In this document: piece after piece, positions 17,448 through 27,177 of the stretch | Position numbering within the stretch: position 1 is the stretch's first letter | Layout of the letters: every line of letters begins with the position of its first letter | Assembly (NCBI GenBank): GCA_027043685.1 | Contig: JALUFI010000267.1 | Span: 1-28,033 of the forward strand | From: Pyrodictiaceae archaeon | Lineage (GTDB): Archaea > Thermoproteota > Thermoprotei_A > Sulfolobales > Pyrodictiaceae | Length of the DNA: 28,033 bases | Direction of reading: 5' to 3' | Program-made: the position numbers and the translations under genes | The notes under the pieces: generated by a model | What the model was told of the DNA's origin: nothing | Seen by the model: only the letters and a program-made list of their open reading frames with translations | Databases searched by the model: none

Positions 17448-17684
17448 CTAGGCGAGCACTGGCTGCTCCAGGGCCTTCCTGCCCTCCTCGGTTATCTGGT
17501 AGACGCCCTCCTCAACCCTCTCCACGAGGCCTAGGCGGCGGAGCTTCCTCATCTTGGCGGCGACGCGGCGGGCGTCGAGCCCGGCCCTCTCAGCTATCTC
17601 CTTGGGCCTTGCGGGCCTGCCTAGCTCGGCGAGGGCACGGAGTATCGCGAGGTCTACCTCGTCGAGCTGGGTGCGGGCCGGCAT
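17448..17684 (-). CDS. Small winged helix-turn-helix protein
   Basis: LDEVDLAILRAL, PKEIAERAGLDARRVAAKMRKLRRLGLVER, YQITEEG. ATG 17684 preferred. Confidence 0.85.
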   Translation of the reverse strand: MPARTQLDEVDLAILRALAELGRPARPKEIAERAGLDARRVAAKMRKLRRLGLVERVEEGVYQITEEGRKALEQPVLA

Positions 17685-17747
17685 GCCCGGCCCACCCCCT
17701 TCCACCCAGCATCTCCGGTATAGAGACTAGGCAAGACGGGGAGCGTT

Positions 17748-17758
17748 CTTATAACCTT
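17748..17758 (-). promoter_or_regulatory. TATA promoter of the wHTH gene
   Basis: Minus strand AAGGTTATAAG between priL stop and wHTH start. Confidence 0.55.
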
Positions 17759-17790
17759 TACAGCTAGATAGCTACATCATCTACGAAGCG

Positions 17791-18975
17791 CTAACCGGTA
17801 CTACTCTCCCGCGCCGTAGCCCCTCTCCCCGCCTCGCCCCCGGAGCCGCCGCGCCTGGCGCCGCCGAGCCTGCGCAGGTTGCGGTAGTACGCCTGCACGG
17901 GGCTACGCGTCCCGCAGTCGGCTTTGCAGAGGCCCAGCGTCTTCATCTTCTCGCAGCTATAGGTGCGGTACTTCTTCCCGGAGCCCCTCAGGCCTGCAAG
18001 GTGCTCGACCTGGTACCTGGTTATCTTCTCCTTGAAGTCCGGCATGGAGCGGAACACGTCAACAACGTAGTCTATCTCGGCGCCTATGTTGAGTAGGAAA
18101 GTGGCTATAGCGAAGCGCTCGTGGTGGCTCAGGTGCTCGCCACGCCTAGCCCTCTCGATTATGTCGCGCATGCAGGGCGGGAAAGCCTCCTCAACAACAA
18201 CGCCCTGGGGCAGCTCCACGCGGCCCCCGCCGCCGCGTCCACGGGGCCTCGACGCCTCAGAGGCGAGGCGGCGAGCCTCCTCCAGCAACGCGCCCAGCTT
18301 CTCAGCCGCGCCCTTCTCGGCCGCCTCGGAGCCGAGGACCCTTATCCTCTCCTCGACGTAGGTGGTGAGGGCCTCCTTCACGAGCCTTGCCGCGCGGTGC
18401 TTGTCGAGGTAGACGTGGCCACCCTTGACGGGCAGGGCAGCCGGCTTCCACGCGTCGTCGCCCAGTAGGCGGCGCCCGTACCGGACATAGTCGAGGAAGC
18501 TCACGCTGTAGGGGTAGACGCGGTAAACCGGCGTCATGTTGACGATTGCTATGGCCTCCATGTACGCCCTCCTCTGGTCGAAGACGAGGCTCCTTATCCC
18601 TGCAAGCCTCCCGACCTCGGCCACAACACTATCCTCCATCCGCTGGAGCTCCGCATATCCACGCTCTGCCTCGGCGAGGGCGAGGCGGCTGACAAGCCAC
18701 CGGTTCCCCGTGAGGTAGGCGAGAACCGCGGCGGCGTAGAAGCCCAGGACCTCGCGGTCAAGGCTCTCATCCGGCCCGGGGACGCGGAGCCTGCGGACAG
18801 CGGCCCGGAGCCGCTCCAGGCCCCGCCGGCCAATCTCCTCAAGCCTCACGACAGCCTCCAGCGCCGAGACACCGTACCGGGCCCTAGCGACGCGCTCTGG
18901 GTCGGCGAAGAACGGGAACACCCTGAGATCCACGACCACGCCGCTGAGGCTCCTGGCGGCCAGCATAGCCATCAT
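17791..18975 (-). CDS. priL: DNA primase large subunit
   Basis: FPPCM, LSHHERF, ITRYQVEHLAG, YSCEKMKTLGLCKADC (Fe-S C-terminal domain). Confidence 0.92.
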   Translation of the reverse strand: MMAMLAARSLSGVVVDLRVFPFFADPERVARARYGVSALEAVVRLEEIGRRGLERLRAAVRRLRVPGPDESLDREVLGFYAAAVLAYLTGNRWLVSRLALAEAERGYAELQRMEDSVVAEVGRLAGIRSLVFDQRRAYMEAIAIVNMTPVYRVYPYSVSFLDYVRYGRRLLGDDAWKPAALPVKGGHVYLDKHRAARLVKEALTTYVEERIRVLGSEAAEKGAAEKLGALLEEARRLASEASRPRGRGGGGRVELPQGVVVEEAFPPCMRDIIERARRGEHLSHHERFAIATFLLNIGAEIDYVVDVFRSMPDFKEKITRYQVEHLAGLRGSGKKYRTYSCEKMKTLGLCKADCGTRSPVQAYYRNLRRLGGARRGGSGGEAGRGATARESSTG

Positions 18976-19154
18976 CCATCCCGCCGCGTACGGGGCCCCC
19001 TAGAGGGCCTGGAGACCCGCGGCGGCTAAGGTGCGCGCCGCGGGAGGGGGAGGGGTGGCTGGGAGCAACCCCTCAGACTCCTATACCGCTGCATCCGCGC
19101 GATAAGGGGGTAGGCTGGAGGTAACACCGCCGGGATAGAGGGGCCCTGGGCGCC

Positions 19155-19961
19155 TTGCCGCAGCTCTCACTAATGCTTAACCCATCGCTCCGTGAGGCCG
19201 CGGGCCTCATCGCCGACGCGGTGGCGAAGCACCGCCTCCTCATAGTGCTGGGTAGGTGCAGCGTGAGGTACACCGGCCGCGGGGCCTCGAGGCTCGGCCC
19301 CGGTGACCGCCTGGTCATAGTGAAGCCCGACGGCGCTGTCCTCGTCCACCGCCCCCGGGGCTACTCCCCGGTTAACTGGCAGCCCGAGAGCAGCAGCATA
19401 ACCGCCGAGGAGACCGGGGAGGGACTGCTCCTCCGCAGCGTCCGCGGCCGCCCCCGGGAAATACTCGAGGTGCTCTTCACCCGCCTAGACCTCGTACTAG
19501 CCGTCGACGGCCTCGAGGACACAGCGGAGTTCATCGAGTACCTCGACGAGTCCGAGATAAGAGACTACCTCGCCGAGCACCCAGAGGAGATAGAGGAGGG
19601 CCTCCACGTCATAAGGAAGGAGCGCCCAATAGGCGATGGATACGCAGACATAGTAGCAAGGGACAAGGAGGGCAACTACGTCGTAATAGAGGTTAAGAGG
19701 GTAACCGCCGGCAAGGACGCCGTCCTCCAACTCCACCGCTACGTGGAGACACTCCGCCGCGAGAACCCGGGCGCCAGGGTACGCGGCATACTCGTAGCAC
19801 CCGCCATAGCCAAGGACGCGAGAAGCCTTCTCAACAGCCTAGGCCTAGAATACCGGCAGATAGACATCCAGCGCCTCTACAGAAAGATAGCCGCAGCCCA
19901 AGCAAGAACAGTGACCCAGACACGCTCAATACTCGACTTCTTCAAGAAAACCAAACACTAA
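19155..19961 (+). CDS. nucS: Mismatch-specific endonuclease NucS/EndoMS
   Basis: GRCSVRYTGR, KPDGAVLVH, PVNWQP, ESEIRD, ADIVARD...VIEVKR, QLHRY, RGILVAP. Confidence 0.93.
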   Translation: MPQLSLMLNPSLREAAGLIADAVAKHRLLIVLGRCSVRYTGRGASRLGPGDRLVIVKPDGAVLVHRPRGYSPVNWQPESSSITAEETGEGLLLRSVRGRPREILEVLFTRLDLVLAVDGLEDTAEFIEYLDESEIRDYLAEHPEEIEEGLHVIRKERPIGDGYADIVARDKEGNYVVIEVKRVTAGKDAVLQLHRYVETLRRENPGARVRGILVAPAIAKDARSLLNSLGLEYRQIDIQRLYRKIAAAQARTVTQTRSILDFFKKTKH

Positions 19962-20033
19962 CATAAAAACACGCAGGCTAAAACAGGCAGGGGTTAGAGA
20001 AGAGGAGGAAGCCACGAGGGGCAGCCAGCGACG

Positions 20034-21860
20034 CTACTTCGCCGCCCCTATGTGTGCGAGGGCGCCACCGCTGCCGGTCAACAGCAGTGCAAGCACAGCC
20101 GCAGTTATCACAGTCAGTATAGCCGCGTGGAGGAAGCCCGACGCGAGGCTCTGATCCTGTATCTTCCCCGCCACGAGGCCGCTGAGCCAGGCATTGAACA
20201 CTGAGGCAAGCGAAGCTATGAGCAACAGGTTAGTTATGTTCTCCGGAGATATGTTGAGCCGGAGACCGCCAAGCGCCGCCATGCCGCCAGCTGCGCCGCC
20301 TATCACGCCGGCCTTAGACACGGCGGTTACAAGCATCGATACCGTCAACACGCTGGTAACAGCAACCATTATCGCGCCGAAGTAGGGCATCAACACGTAG
20401 GCACGCAGCCTCTTCCTCAACTGGTCCTCGATATCAACGAGTGTTGAGATGTACCTTGCAAGCGAGTCAAGCGTATGCGGGTTGCCGCCGCCAACCTCCA
20501 TAGCGTCGACGAGGAACCTCATGGTTACGCGGAGCACCCAGTTACGGTACCCACGTATAGCGTTCCTCACAGCCTTCTCTACATGAAGGCCCAGCGACAG
20601 CGCACCCGCAATCCTCTTAATTATCGGCGTCAGTGGGCCGTAGTCCCTCTCGGATAGCATTATTATGCTCTTCTCGGGGCTCAGCCCGGTACGCCTAACC
20701 TCGGAGAGGTCACGGAAGAAGTTGGCAAGGCTCCTGGAGATAGCCCTCTCCTTCCTAACCTTGGAGAGATACACCGCTGCAGGGCCGACGCTGACCGTTA
20801 TAAGCGCCGCCGCAGCAACCAAAGTGATGTTGCGGACATAGCCCACGTTGACGCCCTTGCCCGGGGGCGGGTGCAGGCCGCCGAGCAGGGACGCGCCCGC
20901 CAGGAACACCAGCACGGCGAGCGGCACTGTTACGAAGAGGTAGGCGTAGGGCTCTGTTATGTTCTCCTGGCTAGGTAGTAGCGAGCTAAGCATCATGATT
21001 ATCATTACTACGAGTAGTGGGAGCACCACGAAGCTGTAGAGTATGATACCCGCAGTGCCGCCGAGCCCACCCTTAGCTGATATTAGGCCGCTGATTATGA
21101 AGAATATGTAGAGCGAGAGTGTGCCGAGCACTGCGACCGCGGCATAGGCCTCTACGATGAAGCCCACGCGCTCGGCACGGTTCTTCAAATCCTCCATGCG
21201 GTTCTGGAAGACCTCCTGCGTACGTATCTCCAGGTAGTGCAGCACATCGCCGCCGGTACGTATAGTTGTAAGGTAGCCAAGCATGAAGTCACGGTAGAGC
21301 CTTGAGGGATGCCAGAGCGCGTTCCTCTCCAGCGCCGAGAGAATGTTCTGGCCAAATACCTTCACGTCCCTCATTATCCTAAGCGCTTCCTCCCTCAATG
21401 CCTTGAAGAGCCTAATATTGGTAAGCCTCTCGACGAGCTTCTCCGGCGACACACCACCATACGCCATAGCGGTCATGTACGCAGCGAAGAATGGGAACTC
21501 AAGATCCGTCTTCGAGGCCCTCTCCTGGGCCTTCGCCTCCGGGTAGTAGAGCCCCCAAGCGAACACAATACCGGGCGCCATAAGCGTAATCAAAACCATT
21601 ACAAGCCTAACGACTACATTACTTGTGAATATAAACGTGAAGAACGTTGCCGTGCCCAGGACGAAGACCGTGACGAAGAGGTTGAAGAGAAGCTTCGCGG
21701 CATAGAGCCTCGGGTGCACATTCATACCGGCGCGGCGCAGGGACTCGTGTAGCTTGAAGCTCCTAGCCAGCCTCTCGCCAAGGTCACCGAAGAGCGCCAG
21801 CGCTATGGCATCCGTTACCCCGGTAGCACCCATCCGCGCAGCCTGCCTAGAAACCGCCAA
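20034..21860 (-). CDS. Type IV pilus/T2SS platform membrane protein (TadC/PilC/ArlJ-like, two T2SSF domains)
   Basis: 608 aa, two repeats of a cytoplasmic domain (EFPFFAAYM...GGVSPE...GGD; FFRDLSEVRRTGLSPE...GGG) each followed by TM helices. Directly downstream of a secretion ATPase. Confidence 0.9.
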   Translation of the reverse strand: MAVSRQAARMGATGVTDAIALALFGDLGERLARSFKLHESLRRAGMNVHPRLYAAKLLFNLFVTVFVLGTATFFTFIFTSNVVVRLVMVLITLMAPGIVFAWGLYYPEAKAQERASKTDLEFPFFAAYMTAMAYGGVSPEKLVERLTNIRLFKALREEALRIMRDVKVFGQNILSALERNALWHPSRLYRDFMLGYLTTIRTGGDVLHYLEIRTQEVFQNRMEDLKNRAERVGFIVEAYAAVAVLGTLSLYIFFIISGLISAKGGLGGTAGIILYSFVVLPLLVVMIIMMLSSLLPSQENITEPYAYLFVTVPLAVLVFLAGASLLGGLHPPPGKGVNVGYVRNITLVAAAALITVSVGPAAVYLSKVRKERAISRSLANFFRDLSEVRRTGLSPEKSIIMLSERDYGPLTPIIKRIAGALSLGLHVEKAVRNAIRGYRNWVLRVTMRFLVDAMEVGGGNPHTLDSLARYISTLVDIEDQLRKRLRAYVLMPYFGAIMVAVTSVLTVSMLVTAVSKAGVIGGAAGGMAALGGLRLNISPENITNLLLIASLASVFNAWLSGLVAGKIQDQSLASGFLHAAILTVITAAVLALLLTGSGGALAHIGAAK

Positions 21861-21865
21861 GGCGG

Positions 21866-23605
21866 CTAGATCACCTCCTTGCCCTCTGTGAAGCCCTTCA
21901 TCTCGCTCAGCTCCGACACCGCCTTCGTGTACACCCTCTCAGCGTTCTGGTAGTACTCACGCACAACCCTTGCAACCTCCTGGTAGCTCCTCATCTTCTT
22001 AGCGGCGAGCCACCGGATAACCGTGGCGCGCCAGTCTATCTCTCTCCTCACCTGCTCCTCAGTCCAACCAACTAGCTCCATTATGTGGCGTAGGAGGAAG
22101 CTCTTCTCCGGGTACAGCTCATGCTTGTCCTCATAGGCGTTCCACTTATGCACCGGGATGTATTCGCCGAAGTCACGTATCTCCCAGGTGTTCGTTATCC
22201 TGCGCACCACGCGCGACCTCTTGGTAACCCTGTCCACTACCTCGACGCGGCGTATCAGTAGAGCGAAGTTCATCAACGGTATGTAGCCCCTAGGTATGTT
22301 CATAGGTGGGCTCGTAAGCCTCTTCGCAGCCGCGTCTATACCCTCAGCGTGCAGCGTCGTCATACCGCCGTGGCCCGTCGCTATTGCTTGGAAGAGCACG
22401 TAAGCCTCCTCGCCACGCACCTCACCAACGACAATTATGTCGGGGCGGTAACGCAGACTTATACGGATAAGGTCGTAGAGCGTTATCTCGTTCTTACCCT
22501 CGGCGCCGAAGCCATAGCTCATCCTCGGGATCAGCTGCACCCAGTTCTCTAGAGGGAGCTTCAGCTCCGGTGTATCCTCTATAGTCACGACCTTCACAGA
22601 AGGCTTGAGCAACGTCAATAACGCGTTCAACGTAGTCGTCTTACCGGAGCCGGTTACACCCATAACCATGCCGGGCCTCTTGTGCTCCATCAGTATCCAG
22701 TAGTACGCCGCTACCTCCGGGCTCAGTGTGTTACCCATGACCATATCAATTATTGTTATTGGGTCCTCGCGGAACTTACGGATAGTGAACGTGCTACCAC
22801 TAGTGCTTACCTCTTTGCGGTACGTTGCCGCGAGGCGGTGACCGCCGGGCAGTATCGCATCCACAACCGGGAATGCCACCGAGATGTGCTTACCGCCCAT
22901 GTGAGCCAGCTTCACAACCAGGTTATCCAGGTCGTCCTCCCTGTCAAACACTATGTTCGTCTTTATGTACTCGTAGCGGCGGTGCCAGACGTAGATATGG
23001 CGGCGCACACCGTTACAAGAGATGTCCTCTATCTCAGGATCCTTCATCAAGGGGTCTATCGGGCCGAACCCGACCGCGTCGCGGGTCACGTAGTAGAGTA
23101 TCTTCCTCCAGGAGATGCCCGGGGTTCGGCCCATCCTTATCTGGAAGGTGCGGACTATCCTACGCGCCTCCCGGTGGAAGTAGGCCACCGGGTCCACGTC
23201 GCTGGGTGGCGGCTTAAGCTCCCAGTAGAGGGCGTCCATTATCTGGTTGTAGAGCTTCTTCTCTCTAGGGGTCAAGGCTATCTCGTAGACATAGTATATG
23301 TACTCGCTCGTCTGCTTGTGGCGGAGTATACGGGCGTAGACCCAGGGCTCCTCAAGGGGATAAGACTCAACCTCTTCGTAGTCACGCAGGTTCAGGGGCT
23401 TCGCTGCAGAGATCGCGGTGAAGCCGGGAAGCCCTGAGAAGGGTTCAAGCGGCCTCTTCTCAGTCTCCTCTTCCGAACCTCCTACCAGCTCCTCGGCTGC
23501 AACGGGCTCCGTAGCCGTGCCGTCACTGCCGTCTTTACCGCTACCCTTGCTCTTACGTATACGCAGCTTTAAGCGGAGCTTGGGCAAGGCCCCGTGGCCC
23601 TCCAT
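21866..23605 (-). CDS. Type II/IV secretion ATPase (VirB11/PilB/ArlI family)
   Basis: DPEIEDISCNG, Walker A GVTGSGKTT, Asp box TIEDTPEL, RYRPDIIVVGEVRG, His box TGHGGMTTLH. ATG 23605 preferred. Confidence 0.94.
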   Translation of the reverse strand: MEGHGALPKLRLKLRIRKSKGSGKDGSDGTATEPVAAEELVGGSEEETEKRPLEPFSGLPGFTAISAAKPLNLRDYEEVESYPLEEPWVYARILRHKQTSEYIYYVYEIALTPREKKLYNQIMDALYWELKPPPSDVDPVAYFHREARRIVRTFQIRMGRTPGISWRKILYYVTRDAVGFGPIDPLMKDPEIEDISCNGVRRHIYVWHRRYEYIKTNIVFDREDDLDNLVVKLAHMGGKHISVAFPVVDAILPGGHRLAATYRKEVSTSGSTFTIRKFREDPITIIDMVMGNTLSPEVAAYYWILMEHKRPGMVMGVTGSGKTTTLNALLTLLKPSVKVVTIEDTPELKLPLENWVQLIPRMSYGFGAEGKNEITLYDLIRISLRYRPDIIVVGEVRGEEAYVLFQAIATGHGGMTTLHAEGIDAAAKRLTSPPMNIPRGYIPLMNFALLIRRVEVVDRVTKRSRVVRRITNTWEIRDFGEYIPVHKWNAYEDKHELYPEKSFLLRHIMELVGWTEEQVRREIDWRATVIRWLAAKKMRSYQEVARVVREYYQNAERVYTKAVSELSEMKGFTEGKEVI

Positions 23606-23700
23606 GCCTCGACGAGGCGGGTGAGCATCCTCTGTGGGGGCTAGGCGAGTGGTGTACGGCCGTACCTGCCCTCGTAGCTGGGGGCACAGAGTCACCTCTC

Positions 23701-23723
23701 AATATAGATTTTTAGGGTTATAG
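23701..23723. promoter_or_regulatory. Divergent promoter region for the ATPase operon and the surface protein
   Basis: AATATAGATTTTTAGGGTTATAG. SD-like GGTGATGGAG precedes ATG 23753. Confidence 0.55.
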
Positions 23724-23752
23724 AAGCCGGCCTCGTCAACGGGTGATGGAGT

Positions 23753-26700
23753 ATGAGGTCCAGGAAGCTAGAGCTACTAGTAGTCGCGGCAGCCCTTACC
23801 CTATTGCTGCTGTCTACAAGAGCTGAAGCCGCCACCCCGCTGACAGCGTGGAACGCGACAAGCCTCGACTTCTATAAGGCGATTCCAATCAATAATGGGT
23901 TTATAGCTGCGGCAGCGAACGGCTCAAGGACTGTTCTCGTTAAAGTTGTTATTAACGCTTCAAACCCGTTGCCGAGGATACGTGTCGAGAAGCTAAGCAC
24001 GTACTCTGCTAGAATCGCGACACTAGCCATTGACAACGCGTCGAACCCGTCTATGGTAGCGGTCGGGTTGGCAAACGGGATCATAGATATATTGTCGGTC
24101 AACGGCAGCCTCCTCTACGAGTTCGCCACACCAGCCGCACCATTGTCGATGACGTTTGTAGGCAAGACGTTGCTTGTTCTGGAAAGGGTTCGTGGAGAGA
24201 ACGCGCTCTACGCCGTAGCCCCCACCACACTGGGCTGGTTTGAGGCGAGGCTTGCCGTCGGTAACCTGGTATCGATTCGCAGAGAGAGGCTCATCCCGCT
24301 CCAACTAGTCCCCGTGGATGGAACCCCCTGGGCCCTCCTGCTCGCAGAGTCTAAGCCGCTAAACCTCACCGCAGGGACCGCTCAGCTCTCTGGGGTGCTG
24401 CTAGCCAGTGGCCCGAATAACACGCTTGTACCACTAGCCAACGTTGCAGTGATCTCTGTTGACCCTGCATCGGGCACGATACTGGGCAACGCAACCACGA
24501 CCAGTACCGGAGCGTTCACGGTACCGGTGCCCAGGGTCTTTACCAGCATAGTGCTTTACGTCAAGATTAACAACACGTGCTACAGCTTCACGGTGCAGTC
24601 GTCGTCTGTGACCAGGATAGGCAGGAGCTATACCCTCAGTACGCCACTCGTGCTGCGGCCCGGCACCCCGCCCGTAGCATGCCCCAGGGAAGTGAAGGGC
24701 TATCGCCTCCTGCTCCTAAAGCCTGGACCCAGCCCCTTGCAGCCCTCAACCGAGCTTCTGCAGGTAAACCTATCATCAACCAGGCTCCTGCTCATGGACG
24801 CGTATCTCAGCAATGGAAGAATCTACATCTGGGCTGAGGGCCAGGGCCTAGTGAAGGGAGCCCGTATCCAGCTACCAACCCTTCTCTCTATGGTCATCGA
24901 TGCTAAGAGCCTCACACCGCTCGTGAATCTATGGCGCTACTACTTCACACCGGAGCCGGTGACAAAGATAGCCCATAGCCCAGACACCATGCTCGTGCTT
25001 GCAGCCAGTAATGGAGGCCTAGTACTTGCAGCAATAAGAGTGAATGGAGCCTACATGCTCACTTGGAGTACGCAAGCCGGCGGCCCCGTTACAGCTTTGC
25101 TCGCAGCCAAGCTGCGTAACACGAGCTACTACCTTACAGCAGCAGCTACCGCGAAGGGAACGCTAAGCGCAGCCTACATCTCACCGACCACGAACAAGGC
25201 GCTACTGCTGACCATCAGTAACGGCATGCCATACATAAAACTAGGGGTACCCGTCACAGCCCTCACAGAGGCGCCGCCAGCACTCGCAGCCGCAACAAGA
25301 CACGGGATAGTAGCAATAAACAACCTACTCACACAGTCAATGATAGGAGCTAGAATATCAAGCCTAAAGCCATACATGCTTGCCGAGCAGAGAATAAGAG
25401 TCGTGGACGAGAGAGGCAACCCCGTCAACTCCTTCCGCGTCACATACACATTAACCTACAACAACACGGTGCTCTACAGAGGCAGCACGCTCGGGGAGAA
25501 CGGAGAAGCGGACATAATGACCATATACGTTGCAAACATAACACTCAACATAACGCCCCTCGACACCATCCATAAACCGCTTATTGAGACCACTGCATGC
25601 AGCAGACTAGCGGAGAACCCCGAGCTCAGGCTAGCTATACGGAACTTCACGCTTACAATAAGACTAGTGGACTCCTATACAGGGAAGCCGCCCGAGGCGC
25701 CACTCGAGCTACTCATAGCTTCACAGCACCTAAGTAAACCTATCATGATCAGCTACAAGCCAGGCGGCCCCGCGACTTACACGCTGAGCCTAAAAGCAGA
25801 CAACTATAACATCACTGTGAGGGACCTTACCCACAGCCTCTACTACACCTACATGGCAACGGTAAGTCTCTATAGCGACAAGACGCTAACAGTCCGGCTT
25901 GCGAGGATACCCGTACTCGTAACACTAGCGATAACTAGCAACTACATAGCCAAGCCGAACGATCTACTCATTATAATCCTAGAGACGCCTACCGGCGTGA
26001 AGCTCGCAGAAACCCGGCTCCCCGCACCAGCCTACACAACAAAGAGGATAGACCTGGTGACGAGGTACCGCGGCAAAGCCTACATAGTCGTGAAGCCCCT
26101 GCCCACGGGTGGCGCAAAAGCAGCCTTCTACGCGCCAGAGAAGATAGAGGTTAACCTAACGACTACAAGAGTAAGCGCCGAGATAAGGCTAATGCCGATG
26201 AAGTATAGACTTGAAGTCATGACGAGAGGCTCGGACACCGGCGCCCCAGTGCCAAGCACCATAATCATCTATCATGCAGATAAGCAAGTAGCCAAGGAGA
26301 AGACGAATGGTACAGCCGTCTTCAGCCTGGTGCGCGGCACCTACACTGTTAAGGCTGAGCCGCTGCCGCCTCGTGGATACCGTCTACCCCTCTACGGTGG
26401 GGCTGAGAAGAACGTCACCCTCGAGGGCAATGCGTCAGTGACGCTGGAGCTGCGTAGGACGAGGGAGCTAACTAACATAACTATCCGTGACCCCTACTCG
26501 CCCAAGGGGACACTGATAGATGATGTAGTCGTTAAAGTTGACGGAGTAGATGCAGCAACTATAAAGAAGGGTAGTATTGGAAGGGTTACTCTGCCTCTAC
26601 TGCTTAACGGGTCAAAAGTCGAGCTAGTGTCCAAGCATAAGCTGTACCCCAAGATTGAGAAGAAGCTCAAGCCCTCAAAGAAGCCGATAACCATAGCATA

Positions 26701-27088
26701 CCCGCGCGCGACAAGCAAGCTGACAATCTACGTCCTAAATGACGTTGGACAGCCAGTCGCGGGCGCACATGTAACCGTGAGCGGTGTGGATGTCCGCTAC
26801 AGTACTAGCGGCATAACCCTGCCTGATGGCACGCTTGACGTTAACCTACCCATAGGGAAGTATAGCATATGCGTCAGTGTTCCCGGCTATAACCCTGCAT
26901 GCACTACAGCTGTAGTCACGTTGAAGCCGTCCAGAATATCGATGACTGTGACGCCTAAGCCATTGACGATAGTAATGAGGTACTCGAATCTAATAGCAAT
27001 AACGGTATTCGCGATAGTGGTTGTCGTGATTATAAGGAGGTACTTCAAGAAGGTACTGGAGAGGTTCACTCAGGAGGAGGAGTTCTAG
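23753..27088 (+). CDS. Large secreted, C-terminally anchored surface glycoprotein (beta-propeller-like head, Ig/carboxypeptidase-regulatory-like stalk)
   Basis: Signal peptide ending AEA, about 20 N-x-S/T sequons, repeated V-x-D-xx-G-x-P-V strand motifs, GITLPDG...LPIGKYSICVSVPGY, TM LIAITVFAIVVVVII, tail RRYFKK...EEEF. Confidence 0.85.
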   Translation: MRSRKLELLVVAAALTLLLLSTRAEAATPLTAWNATSLDFYKAIPINNGFIAAAANGSRTVLVKVVINASNPLPRIRVEKLSTYSARIATLAIDNASNPSMVAVGLANGIIDILSVNGSLLYEFATPAAPLSMTFVGKTLLVLERVRGENALYAVAPTTLGWFEARLAVGNLVSIRRERLIPLQLVPVDGTPWALLLAESKPLNLTAGTAQLSGVLLASGPNNTLVPLANVAVISVDPASGTILGNATTTSTGAFTVPVPRVFTSIVLYVKINNTCYSFTVQSSSVTRIGRSYTLSTPLVLRPGTPPVACPREVKGYRLLLLKPGPSPLQPSTELLQVNLSSTRLLLMDAYLSNGRIYIWAEGQGLVKGARIQLPTLLSMVIDAKSLTPLVNLWRYYFTPEPVTKIAHSPDTMLVLAASNGGLVLAAIRVNGAYMLTWSTQAGGPVTALLAAKLRNTSYYLTAAATAKGTLSAAYISPTTNKALLLTISNGMPYIKLGVPVTALTEAPPALAAATRHGIVAINNLLTQSMIGARISSLKPYMLAEQRIRVVDERGNPVNSFRVTYTLTYNNTVLYRGSTLGENGEADIMTIYVANITLNITPLDTIHKPLIETTACSRLAENPELRLAIRNFTLTIRLVDSYTGKPPEAPLELLIASQHLSKPIMISYKPGGPATYTLSLKADNYNITVRDLTHSLYYTYMATVSLYSDKTLTVRLARIPVLVTLAITSNYIAKPNDLLIIILETPTGVKLAETRLPAPAYTTKRIDLVTRYRGKAYIVVKPLPTGGAKAAFYAPEKIEVNLTTTRVSAEIRLMPMKYRLEVMTRGSDTGAPVPSTIIIYHADKQVAKEKTNGTAVFSLVRGTYTVKAEPLPPRGYRLPLYGGAEKNVTLEGNASVTLELRRTRELTNITIRDPYSPKGTLIDDVVVKVDGVDAATIKKGSIGRVTLPLLLNGSKVELVSKHKLYPKIEKKLKPSKKPITIAYPRATSKLTIYVLNDVGQPVAGAHVTVSGVDVRYSTSGITLPDGTLDVNLPIGKYSICVSVPGYNPACTTAVVTLKPSRISMTVTPKPLTIVMRYSNLIAITVFAIVVVVIIRRYFKKVLERFTQEEEF

Positions 27089-27107
27089 AGCTAGCCCTAA
27101 ACACACA

Positions 27108-27118
27108 TTTTTAAATAA
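27108..27118 (+). promoter_or_regulatory. TATA promoter of the coiled-coil gene
   Basis: TTTTTAAATAA about 60 nt before ATG 27178. Confidence 0.55.
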
Positions 27119-27177
27119 TTGAGCACTCTTTTCCCGGGGACTCCCACACGGAGCGCCAAGGGGAGAGGGTGTGCGTC

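Noticed and set aside
18976-19154. C/D sRNA on minus strand between priL and nucS
   Set aside because: Only one CTGA and a poor C box. No second box pair or terminal stem.
20034-23695. Archaellum operon (arlI/arlJ)
   Set aside because: No archaellin, arlH, arlF or arlG adjacent. Left as generic type IV pilus/T2SS motor.
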